Source: Eledone cirrhosa (Eukaryota). Taken from it: a stretch of 64,000 nucleotides of DNA. The position numbers were made by a program, and so were the translations under genes. The notes beneath the pieces were generated by a model. That model saw nothing but the letters and a program-made list of their open reading frames with translations, was not told where the DNA came from and searched no databases. Positions 14,401-28,600 of the stretch are shown piece by piece (positions within the stretch are counted from its first letter, which is position 1; every line of letters starts with the position of its first letter). The stretch covers positions 19,592,001-19,656,000 of the forward strand of contig OZ024754.1 of assembly GCA_964016885.1 (NCBI GenBank). Direction: 5' to 3'.

Positions 14401-17049
14401 ACCATACATGTACAACTGTGGCTAGAATGACTCTTCCATGATATAGTTACTTTAGTTTCAACACAGTCTCAGATCAAGTCACTTGCCAGACATGTACAAC
14501 TGTGACTAAAATGATTCTTCCATGATATAGTTACTTTAGTTTCAACGAAGTCACTGATCATGTGTCTTGCCAGACATGTACAACAGTAGCTAAAATGACT
14601 CTTCCATGATATAGTTACTTTAGTTTAAACACAATCTCAGATCAAGTCACTTGCCAGACATCTTCAACTGGGGCTAAAATGACTCTTCCATGATATAGTT
14701 ACTTTAGTTTCAACACAATCTCAGATCAAATCACTTACCAGACATGTAGAACTGTGGCTAGAATGACTCTTCAATGATATAGTTACTTTAGTTTCAACAC
14801 AATCTCAGATCAAGTCACTTGCCAGACATGTACAACTGTGGCTGAAATGACTCTTCCATGATATAGTTACTTTAGTTTGAACACAGTCTTAGATCAAGTC
14901 ACTGACCAGACATGTACAACTGTGGCAAAAATGACTCTTCCATGATATAGTTACTTTAGTTTCAACACAGTCTCAGATAAAGTCACTTGCCAGACATGTA
15001 CAACTGTGGCTAAAATGACTGTTCCATGATATAGTTTCTTTAGTTTCAACACAGTCTCAGATCAAGTCACTTGCCAGACATGTACAACTGTGACTAAATT
15101 GATTCTTCCATGTTATAGTTACTTTAGTTTCAACACAATTTCAGATCAAGTCACTTACCATACATGTACAACTGTGGCTAGAATGACTCTTCCATGATAT
15201 TGTTACTTTAATTTCAACACAGTCTCAGATCAAGTCATTTGCCAGACATGTACAACTGTGACTAAAATGATTCTTCCATGATATAGTTACTTTAGTTTCA
15301 ACGCAGTCACAGATCAAGTGTCTTGCCAGACATTTACAACAGTAGCTAAAATGACTCTTCCATGATATAGTTACTTTAGTTTCAACACAACTTCAGATCA
15401 AGTCACTTACCAGACATCTACAACTCTGGCTAGAATGACTCTTCAATGATATAGTTACTTTAGTTTCAACACAATCTCAGATCAAGTCACTTGCCAGACA
15501 TGTACAACTGTGGCTGAAATGACTCTTCCATGATATAGTTACTTTAGTTTGAACACAATCTTAGATCAAGTCACTTGCCAGACTTGTACAACTGTGGCTA
15601 AAATAACTCTTCCATGATATAGTTACTTTAGTTTCAACACAGTCTCAGATAAACTCACTTGCCAGACATGTACAACTGTGGCTAAAATGACTGTTCCATG
15701 ATATAGTTACTTTAGTTTCAACACAGTCTCAGATCAAGTCACTTGCCAGACATGTACAACTGTGACTGAATTGATTCTTCCATGATATAGTTACTTTAGT
15801 TTCAACACAGTCTCAGATCAAGTCACTTGCCAGACATCTACAACTGTGGCTAAAATGACTCTTCCATGATATAGTTACTTTAGTTTCAACACAGTCTCAG
15901 ATCAAGTCACTTGCCAGACATGTACAACTGTGGCTAAAATGACTCTTCCATGATATAGTTACTTTAGTTTCAACACAATCTCAGATCAAGTCAATTACCA
16001 TACATGTACAACTGTGGCTAGAATGACTCTTCCATGATATAGTTACTTTAGTTTCAATATATTCACAGATCAAGTCACTTGCCAGACATGTACAACTGTG
16101 GCTAAAATGACTATCCATGATATAGTTACTTTAGTTTCAACACAGTCACAGATCAAGACACTTACCAGACATGTAAAACTGTAGCTAACATGACTCTTCC
16201 ATGATATAGTTACTTTAGTTTCAACACAGTCTCAGATCAAGTCACTTCTCAGACATGTACAACTGTGGCTAAAATAACTTTTCCATGATAAAGTTACTTT
16301 AGTTTCAACACAGTTTCCGATAAAGTCACTTGCCAGACATGTACAACTGTGGCTAAAATGACTTTTCCATGATATAGTTACTTTAGTTTCAACACAGTCA
16401 CAAATCAAGTCACTTACCAGTGATGTACGACTGTGGCTAAAATGACTCTTCCATGATATAGTTACTTCAGTTTCAACACAGTCTCAGATCAAGTCATTTG
16501 CCAGACATGTACAACTGTGGCTAGAATGAATCTTCAATGATATAGTTACTTTAGTTTCAACACAATCTCAGATCAAGTCACTTGCCAGACATGTACAACT
16601 GTGGCTGAAATGACTCTTCCATGATATAGTTACTTTAGTTTGAACACAGTCTTAGATCAAGTCACTTGCCAGACATGTACAACTGTGGCTAAAATAACTC
16701 TTCCATGATATAGTTACTTTAGTTTCAACACAGTCTCAGATAAACTCACTTGCCAGACATGTACAACTGTGGCTAAAATGACTGTTCCATGATATAGTTA
16801 CTTTAGTTTCAACACAGTCTCAGATCAAGTCACTTGCCAGACATGTACAACTGTGACTAAATTGATTCTTCCATGATATAGTTACTTTAGTTTCAACACA
16901 GTCTCAGATCAAGTCACTTGCCAGACATCTACAACTGTGGCTAAAATGAATCTTCCATGATATAGTTACTTTAGTTTCAACACAGTCTCAGATCAAGTCA
17001 CTTGCCAGACATGTACAACTGTGGCTAAAATGACTCTTCCATGATATAG

Positions 17050-20000
17050 TTACTTTAGTTTAAACACAATCTCAGATCAAGTGACTTACCATGCATGTAC
17101 AACTGTGGCTAGAATGACTCTTCCATGATATAGTTACTTTAGTTTCAACACAATCTCAGATCAAGTCACTTGCCAGACATGTGCAACTGTGGCTAGAATG
17201 ACTCTTCAATGATATAGTTAGTTTAGTTTCAACACAGTCTTAGATCAAGTCACTGACCAGACATGTACAACTGTGGCTAAAATGAATCTTCCATGATATA
17301 GTTACTTTAGTTTCAACACATTCACAGATCAAGTCACTTGCCAGACATGTACAACTGTGGCTAAAATGACTATCCATGATATAGTTACTTTAGTTTCAAC
17401 ACGATCACAGATCAAGACACTTACCAGACATATAAAACTGTAGCTAACATGACTCTTCCATGATATAGTTACTTTAGTTTCAACACAGTCTCAGATCAAG
17501 TCACTTGCCAGACGTGTACAACTGTGGCTAAAATGACTCTTCCATGATACAGTTACTTTAGTTTGAACACAGTCTTAGATCAAGTCATTGACCAGACATG
17601 TACAACTGTGGCTAAAATGACTCTTCCATGATATAGTTACTTTAGTTTGAACACATTCACAGATCAAGTCACTTGCCAGACATGTACAACTGTGGCTAAA
17701 ATGACTATCCATGATATAGTTACTTTAGTTTCAACACGATCACAGATCAAGACACTTACCAGACATATAAAACTGTAGCTAACATGACTCTTCCATGATA
17801 TAGTTACTTTAGTTTCAACACAGTCTTAGATCAAGTCACTTGCCAGACATGTACAACTGTGGCTAAAATAACTCTTCCATGATATAGTTACTTTAGTTTC
17901 AACACAGTCTCAGATCAAGTCACTTGCCAGACGTGTACAACTGTGGCTAAAATGACTCTTCCATGATACAGTTACTTTAGTTTGAACACAGTCTTAGATC
18001 AAGTCATTGACCAAACATGTACAACTGTGGCTAAAATGACTCTTCAATGATATAGTTACTTTACTTTCAACACAATCTCAGATCAAGTCACTTGCTAGAC
18101 ATGTGCAACTGTGGCTAAAATGACTCCTCCATGATACAGTTACTTTAGTTTGAACACAGTCTTAGATCAAGTCACTTACCATACATGTACAACTGTGGCT
18201 AGAATGACTCTTCCATGATATAGTTACTTTAATTTCAACACAGTCTCAGATCAAGTCACTTGCCAGACATGTACAACTGTGACTAAAATGATTCTTCCAT
18301 GATATAGTTACTTTAGTTTCAACGCAGTCACAGATCAAGTGTCTTGCCAGACATGTACAACAGTAGCTAAAATGACTCTTCCATGATATAGTTACTTTAG
18401 TTTCAACACAACTTCAGATCAAGTCACTTACCAGACATCTACAACTCTGGCTAGAATGACTCTTCAATGATATAGTTACTTTAGTTTCAACACAATCTCA
18501 GATCAAGTCACTTGCCAGACATGTACAACTGTGGCTGAAATGACTCTTCCATGATAAAGTTACTTTAGTTTGAACACAATCTTAGATCAAGTCACTTGCC
18601 AGACATGTACAACTGTGGCTAAAATGACTCTTCCATGATATAGTTACTTTAGTTTAAACACAATCTCAGATCAAGTGACTTACCATGCATGTACAACTGT
18701 GGCTAGAATGACTCTTCCATGATATAGTTACTTTAGTTTCAACACAATCTCAGATCAAGTCACTTGCCAGACATGTGCAACTGTGGCTAGAATGACTCTT
18801 CAATGATATAGTTAGTTTAGTTTCAACACAGTCTTAGATCAAGTCACTGACCAGACATGTACAACTGTGGCTAAAATGAATCTTCCATGATATAGTTACT
18901 TTAGTTTCAACACATTCACAGATCAAGTCACTTGCCAGACATGTACAACTGTGGCTAAAATGACTATCCATGATATAGTTACTTTAGTTTCAACACGATC
19001 ACAGATCAAGACACTTACCAGACATATAAAACTGTAGCTAACATGACTCTTCCATGATATAGTTACTTTAGTTTCAACACAGTCTTAGATCAAGTCACTT
19101 GCCAGACATGTACAACTGTGGCTAAAATAACTCTTCCATGATATAGTTACTTTAGTTTCAACACAGTCTCAGATCAAGTCACTTGCCAGACGTGTACAAC
19201 TGTGGCTAAAATGACTCTTCCATGATACAGTTACTTTAGTTTGAACACAGTCTTAGATCAAGTCATTGACCAGACATGTACAACTGTGGCTAAAATGACT
19301 CTTCCATGATATAGTTACTTTAGTTTGAACACATTCACAGATCAAGTCACTTGCCAGACATGTACAACTGTGGCTAAAATGACTATCCATGATATAGTTA
19401 CTTTAGTTTCAACACGATCACAGATCAAGACACTTACCAGACATATAAAACTGTAGCTAACATGACTCTTCCATGATATAGTTACTTTAGTTTCAACACA
19501 GTCTTAGATCAAGTCACTTGCCAGACATGTACAACTGTGGCTAAAATAACTCTTCCATGATATAGTTACTTTAGTTTCAACACAGTCTCAGATCAAGTCA
19601 CTTGCCAGACGTGTACAACTGTGGCTAAAATGACTCTTCCATGATACAGTTACTTTAGTTTGAACACAGTCTTAGATCAAGTCATTGACCAAACATGTAC
19701 AACTGTGGCTAAAATGACTCTTCAATGATATAGTTACTTTACTTTCAACACAATCTCAGATCAAGTCACTTGCTAGACATGTGCAACTGTGGCTAAAATG
19801 ACTCCTCCATGATACAGTTACTTTAGTTTGAACACAGTCTTAGATCAAGTCACTTACCATACATGTACAACTGTGGCTAGAATGACTCTTCCATGATATA
19901 GTTACTTTAATTTCAACACAGTCTCAGATCAAGTCACTTGCCAGACATGTACAACTGTGACTAAAATGATTCTTCCATGATATAGTTACTTTAGTTTCAA

Positions 20001-23000
20001 CGCAGTCACAGATCAAGTGTCTTGCCAGACATGTACAACAGTAGCTAAAATGACTCTTCCATGATATAGTTACTTTAGTTTCAACACAACTTCAGATCAA
20101 GTCACTTACCAGACATCTACAACTCTGGCTAGAATGACTCTTCAATGATATAGTTACTTTAGTTTCAACACAATCTCAGATCAAGTCACTTGCCAGACAT
20201 GTACAACTGTGGCTGAAATGACTCTTCCATGATAAAGTTACTTTAGTTTGAACACAATCTTAGATCAAGTCACTTGCCAGACATGTACAACTGTGGCTAA
20301 AATAACTCTTCCATGATATAGTTACTTTAGTTTCAACACAGTCTCAGATCAAGTCACTTGCCAGACATGTACAACTGTGACTAAAATGATTCTTCCATGA
20401 TATAGTTACTTTAGTTTCAATGCAGTCACTGATCATGTGTCTTGCCAGACATGTACAACAGTAGCTTAAATGACTCTTCCATGATATAGTTACTTTAGTT
20501 TCAACACAACCTCAGATCAAGTCACTTGCCAGACATCTACAACTCTGGCTAGAATGACTCATCAATGATATAGTTACTTTAGTTTAAACACAATCTCAGA
20601 TCAAGTCACTTGCCAGACATCTACAACTGGGGCTAAAATGACTCTTCCATGATATAGTTACTTTAGTTTCAACACAATCTCAGATCAAATCACTTACCAG
20701 ACATGTACAACTGTGGCTAGAATGACTCTTCAATGATATAGTTACTTTAGTTTCAACACAATCTCAGATCAAGTCACTTGCCAGACATGTACAACTGTGG
20801 CTGAAATGACTCTTCCATGATATAGTTACTTTAGTTTGAACACAGTCTTAGATCAAGTCACTTGCCAGACATGTACAACTGTGGCTAAAATAACTCTTCC
20901 ATGATATAGTTACTTTAGTTTCAACACAGTCTCAGATAAACTCACTTGCCAGACATGTACAACTGTGGCTAAAATGACTGTTCCATGATATAGTTACTTT
21001 AGTTTCAACACAGTCTCAGATCGAGTCACTTGCCAGACATGTACAACTGTGACTAAATTGATTCTTCCATGATATAGTTACTTTAGTTTCAACACAGTCT
21101 CAGATCAAGTCACTTGCCAGACATCTACAACTGTGGCTAAAATGACTCTTCCATGATATAGTTACTTTAGTTTCAACACAGTCTCAGATCAAGTCACTTG
21201 ACAGACATGTACAACTGTGGCTAAAATGACTCTTCCATGATATAGTTACTTTAGTTTAAACACAATCTCAGATCAAGTGACTTACCATGGATGTACAACT
21301 GTGGCTAAAATGACTCTTCCATGATATAGTTACTTTAGTTTCAACACAGTCACAAATCAAGTCACTTACCATGGATGTACAACTGTGGCTAAAATGACTC
21401 TTCCATGATATAGTTACTTTAGTTTCAACACAGTCTCAGATCAAGTCACTTACCAGACATGTACAACTGTGGCTAAAATGACTCTTCCATGATATAGTTA
21501 CTTTAGTTTAAACACAATCTCAGATCAAGTGACTTACCATGCATGTACAACTGTGGCTAGAATGACTCTTCCATGATATAGTTACTTTAGTTTCAACACA
21601 ATCTCAGATCAAGTCACTTGCCAGACATGTGCAACTGTGGCTAGAATGACTCTTCAATGATATAGTTAGTTTAGTTTCAACACAGTCTTAGATCAAGTCA
21701 CTGACCAGACATGTACAACTGTGGCTAAAATGAATCTTCCATGATATAGTTACTTTAGTTTCAACACATTCACAGATCAAGTCACTTGCCAGACATGTAC
21801 AACTGTGGCTAAAATGACTATCCATGATATAGTTACTTTAGTTTCAACACGATCACAGATCAAGACACTTACCAGACATATAAAACTGTAGCTAACATGA
21901 CTCTTCCATGATATAGTTACTTTAGTTTCAACACAGTCTTAGATCAAGTCACTTGCCAGACATGTACAACTGTGGCTAAAATAACTCTTCCATGATATAG
22001 TTACTTTAGTTTCAACACAGTCTCAGATCAAGTCACTTGCCAGACGTGTACAACTGTGGCTAAAATGACTCTTCCATGATACAGTTACTTTAGTTTGAAC
22101 ACAGTCTTAGATCAAGTCATTGACCAGACATGTACAACTGTGGCTAAAATGACTCTTCCATGATATAGTTACTTTAGTTTGAACAGATTCACAGATCAAG
22201 TCACTTGCCAGACATGTACAACTGTGGCTAAAATGACTATCCATGATATAGTTACTTTAGTTTCAACACGATCACAGATCAAGACACTTACCAGACATAT
22301 AAAACTGTAGCTAACATGACTCTTCCATGATATAGTTACTTTAGTTTCAACACAGTCTTAGATCAAGTCACTTGCCAGACATGTACAACTGTGGCTAAAA
22401 TAACTCTTCCATGATATAGTTACTTTAGTTTCAACACAGTCTCAGATCAAGTCACTTGCCAGACGTGTACAACTGTGGCTAAAATGACTCTTCCATGATA
22501 CAGTTACTTTAGTTTGAACACAGTCTTAGATCAAGTCATTGACCAAACATGTACAACTGTGGCTAAAATGACTCTTCAATGATATAGTTACTTTACTTTC
22601 AACACAATCTCAGATCAAGTCACTTGCTAGACATGTGCAACTGTGGCTAAAATGACTCCTCCATGATACAGTTACTTTAGTTTGAACACAGTCTTAGATC
22701 AAGTCACTTACCATACATGTACAACTGTGGCTAGAATGACTCTTCCATGATATAGTTACTTTAATGTCAACACAGTCTCAGATCAAGTCACTTGCCAGAC
22801 ATGTACAACTGTGACTAAAATGATTCTTCCATGATATAGTTACTTTAGTTTCAACGCAGTCACAGATCAAGTGTCTTGCCAGACATGTACAACAGTAGCT
22901 AAAATGACTCTTCCATGATATAGTTACTTTAGTTTCAACACAACTTCAGATCAAGTCACTTACCAGACATCTACAACTCTGGCTAGAATGACTCTTCAAT

Positions 23001-24280
23001 GATATAGTTACTTTAGTTTCAACACAATCTCAGATCAAGTCACTTGCCAGACATGTACAACTGTGGCTGAAATGACTCTTCCATGATAAAGTTACTTTAG
23101 TTTGAACACAATCTTAGATCAAGTCACTTGCCAGACATGTACAACTGTGGCTAAAATAACTCTTCCATGATATAGTTACTTTAGTTTCAACACAGTCTCA
23201 GATCAAGTCACTTGCCAGACATGTACAACTGTGACTAAAATGATTCTTCCATGATATAGTTACTTTAGTTTCAATGCAGTCACTGATCATGTGTCTTGCC
23301 AGACATGTACAACAGTAGCTTAAATGACTCTTCCATGATATAGTTACTTTAGTTTCAACACAACCTCAGATCAAGTCACTTGCCAGACATCTACAACTCT
23401 GGCTAGAATGACTCATCAATGATATAGTTACTTTAGTTTAAACACAATCTCAGATCAAGTCACTTGCCAGACATCTACAACTGGGGCTAAAATGACTCTT
23501 CCATGATATAGTTACTTTAGTTTCAACACAATCTCAGATCAAATCACTTACCAGACATGTACAACTGTGGCTAGAATGACTCTTCAATGATATAGTTACT
23601 TTAGTTTCAACACAATCTCAGATCAAGTCACTTGCCAGACATGTACAACTGTGGCTGAAATGACTCTTCCATGATATAGTTACTTTAGTTTGAACACAGT
23701 CTTAGATCAAGTCACTTGCCAGACATGTACAACTGGGGCTAAAATAACTCTTCCATGATATAGTTACTTTAGTTTCAACACAGTCTCAGATAAACTCACT
23801 TGCCAGACATGTACAACTGTGGCTAAAATGACTGTTCCATGATATAGTTACTTTAGTTTCAACACAGTCTCAGATCGAGTCACTTGCCAGACATGTACAA
23901 CTGTGACTAAATTGATTCTTCCATGATATAGTTACTTTAGTTTCAACACAGTCTCAGATCAAGTCACTTGCCAGACATCTACAACTGTGGCTAAAATGAC
24001 TCTTCCATGATATAGTTACTTTAGTTTCAACACAGTCTCAGATCAAGTCACTTGACAGACATGTACAACTGTGGCTAAAATGACTCTTCCATGATATAGT
24101 TACTTTAGTTTAAACACAATCTCAGATCAAGTGACTTACCATGGATGTACAACTGTGGCTAAAATGACTCTTCCATGATATAGTTACTTTAGTTTCAACA
24201 CAGTCACAAATCAAGTCACTTACCATGGATGTACAACTGTGGCTAAAATGACTCTTCCATGATATAGTTACTTTAGTTTG
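17050..24280. repeat. Local higher-order repeats: a ~19-20-monomer block (17.05-18.6 kb) reiterated, then a 2854-bp (34-monomer) tandem duplication (~18620-21425 / ~21475-24280)
   Basis: GTGACTTACCATGCATG at 17081, 18675, 21529; CCAAACATG at 18011, 19689, 22543; CAATGCAGTCACTGATC at 20418 and 23272 (offset 2854). Confidence 0.85.
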
Positions 24281-25689
24281 AACACAGTCTTAGATCAAGT
24301 CACGTGCCAGACATGTACAACTGTGGCTAAAATAACTCTTCCATGATATAGTTACTTTAGTTTCAACACAGTCTCAGATCAAGTCACTTGCCAGACATGT
24401 ACAACTGTGGCTAAAATGACTGTTCCATGATATAGTTACTTTAGTTTCAACACAGTCTCAGATAAAGTCACTTGCCATGCATCTACAACTGTGGCTAAAA
24501 TGACTCTTCCATGATATAGTTACTTTAGTTTCGACACAGTCTCAGATAAAGTCCCTTGCCAGGCATCTACAACTGTGGCTAAAATGACTCTTCCATGATA
24601 GAGTTACTTTAGTTTCAACACATTCACAGATCAAGTCACTTGCCAGATATGTACAACTGTGGCTAAAATGACTATCCATGATATAGTTACTTTAGTTTCA
24701 ACACAGTAACAGATCAAGACACTTACCAGACATGTAAAACTGTAGCTAACCTGACTCTTCCATGATATAGTTACTTTGGTTTCAACACAGTCTCAGATCA
24801 AGTCACTTGCCAGACATGTACAACAGTAGCTAAAATGACTCTTCCATGATATAGTTACTTTAGTTTCAACACAACTTCAGATCAAGTCACTTACCAGACA
24901 TCTACAACTGTGGCTAAAATGACTTTTCCATGATATAATTACTTTAGTTTCAACACAGTCTCAGATCAAGTCACTGACCAGACATGTACAACTGTGGCTA
25001 AAATGACTCTTCCATGATATAGTTACTTTAGTTTCAACACAGTCACAAATCAAGTCACTTACCATGGATGTACAACTGTGGCTAAAATGACTCTTCCATG
25101 ATATAATTACTTTAGTTTCAACACAGTCTCAGATCAAGTCACTTACCAGACATGTACAACTGTGGCTAAAATGACTCTTCCATGATATAGTTACTTTAGT
25201 TTGAACACAGTCTTAGATCAAGTCACGTGCCAGACATGTACAACTGTGGCTAAAATAAATCTTCCATGATATAGTTACTTTAGTTTCAACACAGTCTCAG
25301 ATCAAGTCACTTGCCAGACATGTACAACAGTGGCTAAAATGACTGTTCCATGATATAGTTACTTTAGTTTCAACACAGTCTCAGATAAAGTCACTTGCCA
25401 TGCATCTACAACTGTGGCTAAAATGACTCTTCCATGATATAGTTACTTTAGTTTCGACACAGTCTCAGATAAAGTCCCTTGCCAGGCATCTACAACTGTG
25501 GCTAAAATGACTCTTCCATGATAGAGTTACTTTAGTTTCAACACATTCACAGATCAAGTCACTTGCCAGATATGTACAACTGTGGCTAAAATGACTATCC
25601 ATGATATAGTTACTTTAGTTTGAACACAATCTTAGATCAAGTCACTTGCCAGACATGTACAACTGTGGCTGAAATGAATCTTCCATAAT

Positions 25690-28600
25690 ATAGTTACTTT
25701 AGTTTCAACGCAGTCTCAGATCAAGTCACTTACCAGACATGTACAACTGTGGCTAAAATGACTCTTCCATGATATAGTTACTTTAGTTTGAACACAGTCT
25801 TAGATCAAGTCACTTGCCAGACATGTACAACTGTGGCTAAAATAACTCTTCCATGATATAGTTACTTTAGTTTCAACACAGTCTCAGATCAAGTCACTTG
25901 CCAGACATGTACAACTGTTGCTAAAATGACTCTTCCATGATATAGTTACTTTAGATTCAACATAGTCTCAGATCAAGTCACTTGTCAGACATGTACAACT
26001 GTGGCTAAAATGACTTTTCCATGATATAGTTACTTTAGCTTGAACACAGTCTTAGATCAAGTCACTTGCCAGACATGTACAACTGTGGCTAAAATAACTC
26101 TTCCATGATATAGTTACTTTAGTTTCAACACAGTCTCAGATCAAGTCACTTGCCAGACATGTACAACTGTGACTAAAATGATTCTTCCATGATATAGTTA
26201 CTTTAGTTTCAATGCAGTCACTGATCATGTGTCTTGCCAGACATGTACAACAGTAGCTTAAATGACTCTTCCATGATATAGTTACTTTAGTTTCAACACA
26301 ACCTCAGATCAAGTCACTTGCCAGACATCTACAACTCTGGCTAGAATGACTCATCAATGATATAGTTACTTTAGTTTAAACACAATCTCAGATCAAGTCA
26401 CTTGCCAGACATCTACAACTGGGGCTAAAATGACTCTTCCATGATATAGTTACTTTAGTTTCAACACAATCTCAGATCAAATCACTTACCAGACATGTAC
26501 AACTGTGGCTAGAATGACTCTTCAATGATATAGTTACTTTAGTTTCAACACAATCTCAGATCAAGTCACTTGCCAGACATGTACAACTGTGGCTGAAATG
26601 ACTCTTCCATGATATAGTTACTTTAGTTTGAACACAGTCTTAGATCAAGTCACTTGCCAGACATGTACAACTGGGGCTAAAATAACTCTTCCATGATATA
26701 GTTACTTTAGTTTCAACACAGTCTCAGATAAACTCACTTGCCAGACATGTACAACTGTGGCTAAAATGACTGTTCCATGATATAGTTACTTTAGTTTCAA
26801 CACAGTCTCAGATCGAGTCACTTGCCAGACATGTACAACTGTGACTAAATTGATTCTTCCATGATATAGTTACTTTAGTTTCAACACAGTCTCAGATCAA
26901 GTCACTTGCCAGACATCTACAACTGTGGCTAAAATGACTCTTCCATGATATAGTTACTTTAGTTTAAACACAATCTCAGATCAAGTGACTTACCATGGAT
27001 GTACAACTGTGGCTAAAATGACTCTTCCATGATATAGTTACTTTAGTTTCAACACAGTCACAAATCAAGTCACTTACCATGGATGTACAACTGTGGCTAA
27101 AATGACTCTTCCATGATATAGTTACTTTAGTTTGAACACAGTCTTAGATCAAGTCACGTGCCAGACATGTACAACTGTGGCTAAAATAACTCTTCCATGA
27201 TATAGTTACTTTAGTTTCAACACAGTCTCAGATCAAGTCACTTGCCAGACATGTACAACTGTGGCTAAAATGACTGTTCCATGATATAGTTACTTTAGTT
27301 TCAACACAGTCTCAGATAAAGTCACTTGCCATGCATCTACAACTGTGGCTAAAATGACTCTTCCATGATATAGTTACTTTAGTTTCGACACAGTCTCAGA
27401 TAAAGTCCCTTGCCAGGCATCTACAACTGTGGCTAAAATGACTCTTCCATGATAGAGTTACTTTAGTTTCAACACATTCACAGATCAAGTCACTTGCCAG
27501 ATATGTACAACTGTGGCTAAAATGACTATCCATGATATAGTTACTTTAGTTTCAACACAGTAACAGATCAAGACACTTACCAGACATGTAAAACTGTAGC
27601 TAACCTGACTCTTCCATGATATAGTTACTTTGGTTTCAACACAGTCTCAGATCAAGTCACTTGCCAGACATGTACAACAGTAGCTAAAATGACTCTTCCA
27701 TGATATAGTTACTTTAGTTTCAACACAACTTCAGATCAAGTCACTTACCAGACATCTACAACTGTGGCTAAAATGACTTTTCCATGATATAATTACTTTA
27801 GTTTCAACACAGTCTCAGATCAAGTCACTGACCAGACATGTACAACTGTGGATAAAATGACTCTTCCATGATATAGTTACTTTAGTTTCAACACAGTCAC
27901 AAATCAAGTCACTTACCATGGATGTACAACTGTGGCTAAAATGACTCTTCCATGATATAATTACTTTAGTTTCAACACAGTCTCAGATCAAGTCACTTAC
28001 CAGACATGTACAACTGTGGCTAAAATGACTCTTCCATGATATAGTTACTTTAGTTTGAACACAGTCTTAGATCAAGTCACGTGCCAGACATGTACAACTG
28101 TGGCTAAAATAAATCTTCCATGATATAGTTACTTTAGTTTCAACACAGTCTCAGATCAAGTCACTTGCCAGACATGTACAACAGTGGCTAAAATGACTGT
28201 TCCATGATATAGTTACTTTAGTTTCAACACAGTCTCAGATAAAGTCACTTGCCATGCATCTACAACTGTGGCTAAAATGACTCTTCCATGATATAGTTAC
28301 TTTAGTTTCGACACAGTCTCAGATAAAGTCCCTTGCCAGGCATCTACAACTGTGGCTAAAATGACTCTTCCATGATAGAGTTACTTTAGTTTCAACACAT
28401 TCACAGATCAAGTCACTTGCCAGATATGTACAACTGTGGCTAAAATGACTATCCATGATATAGTTACTTTAGTTTGAACACAATCTTAGATCAAGTCACT
28501 TGCCAGACATGTACAACTGTGGCTAAAATGAATCTTCCATAATATAGTTACTTTAGTTTCAACGCAGTCTCAGATCAAGTCACTTACCAGACATGTACAA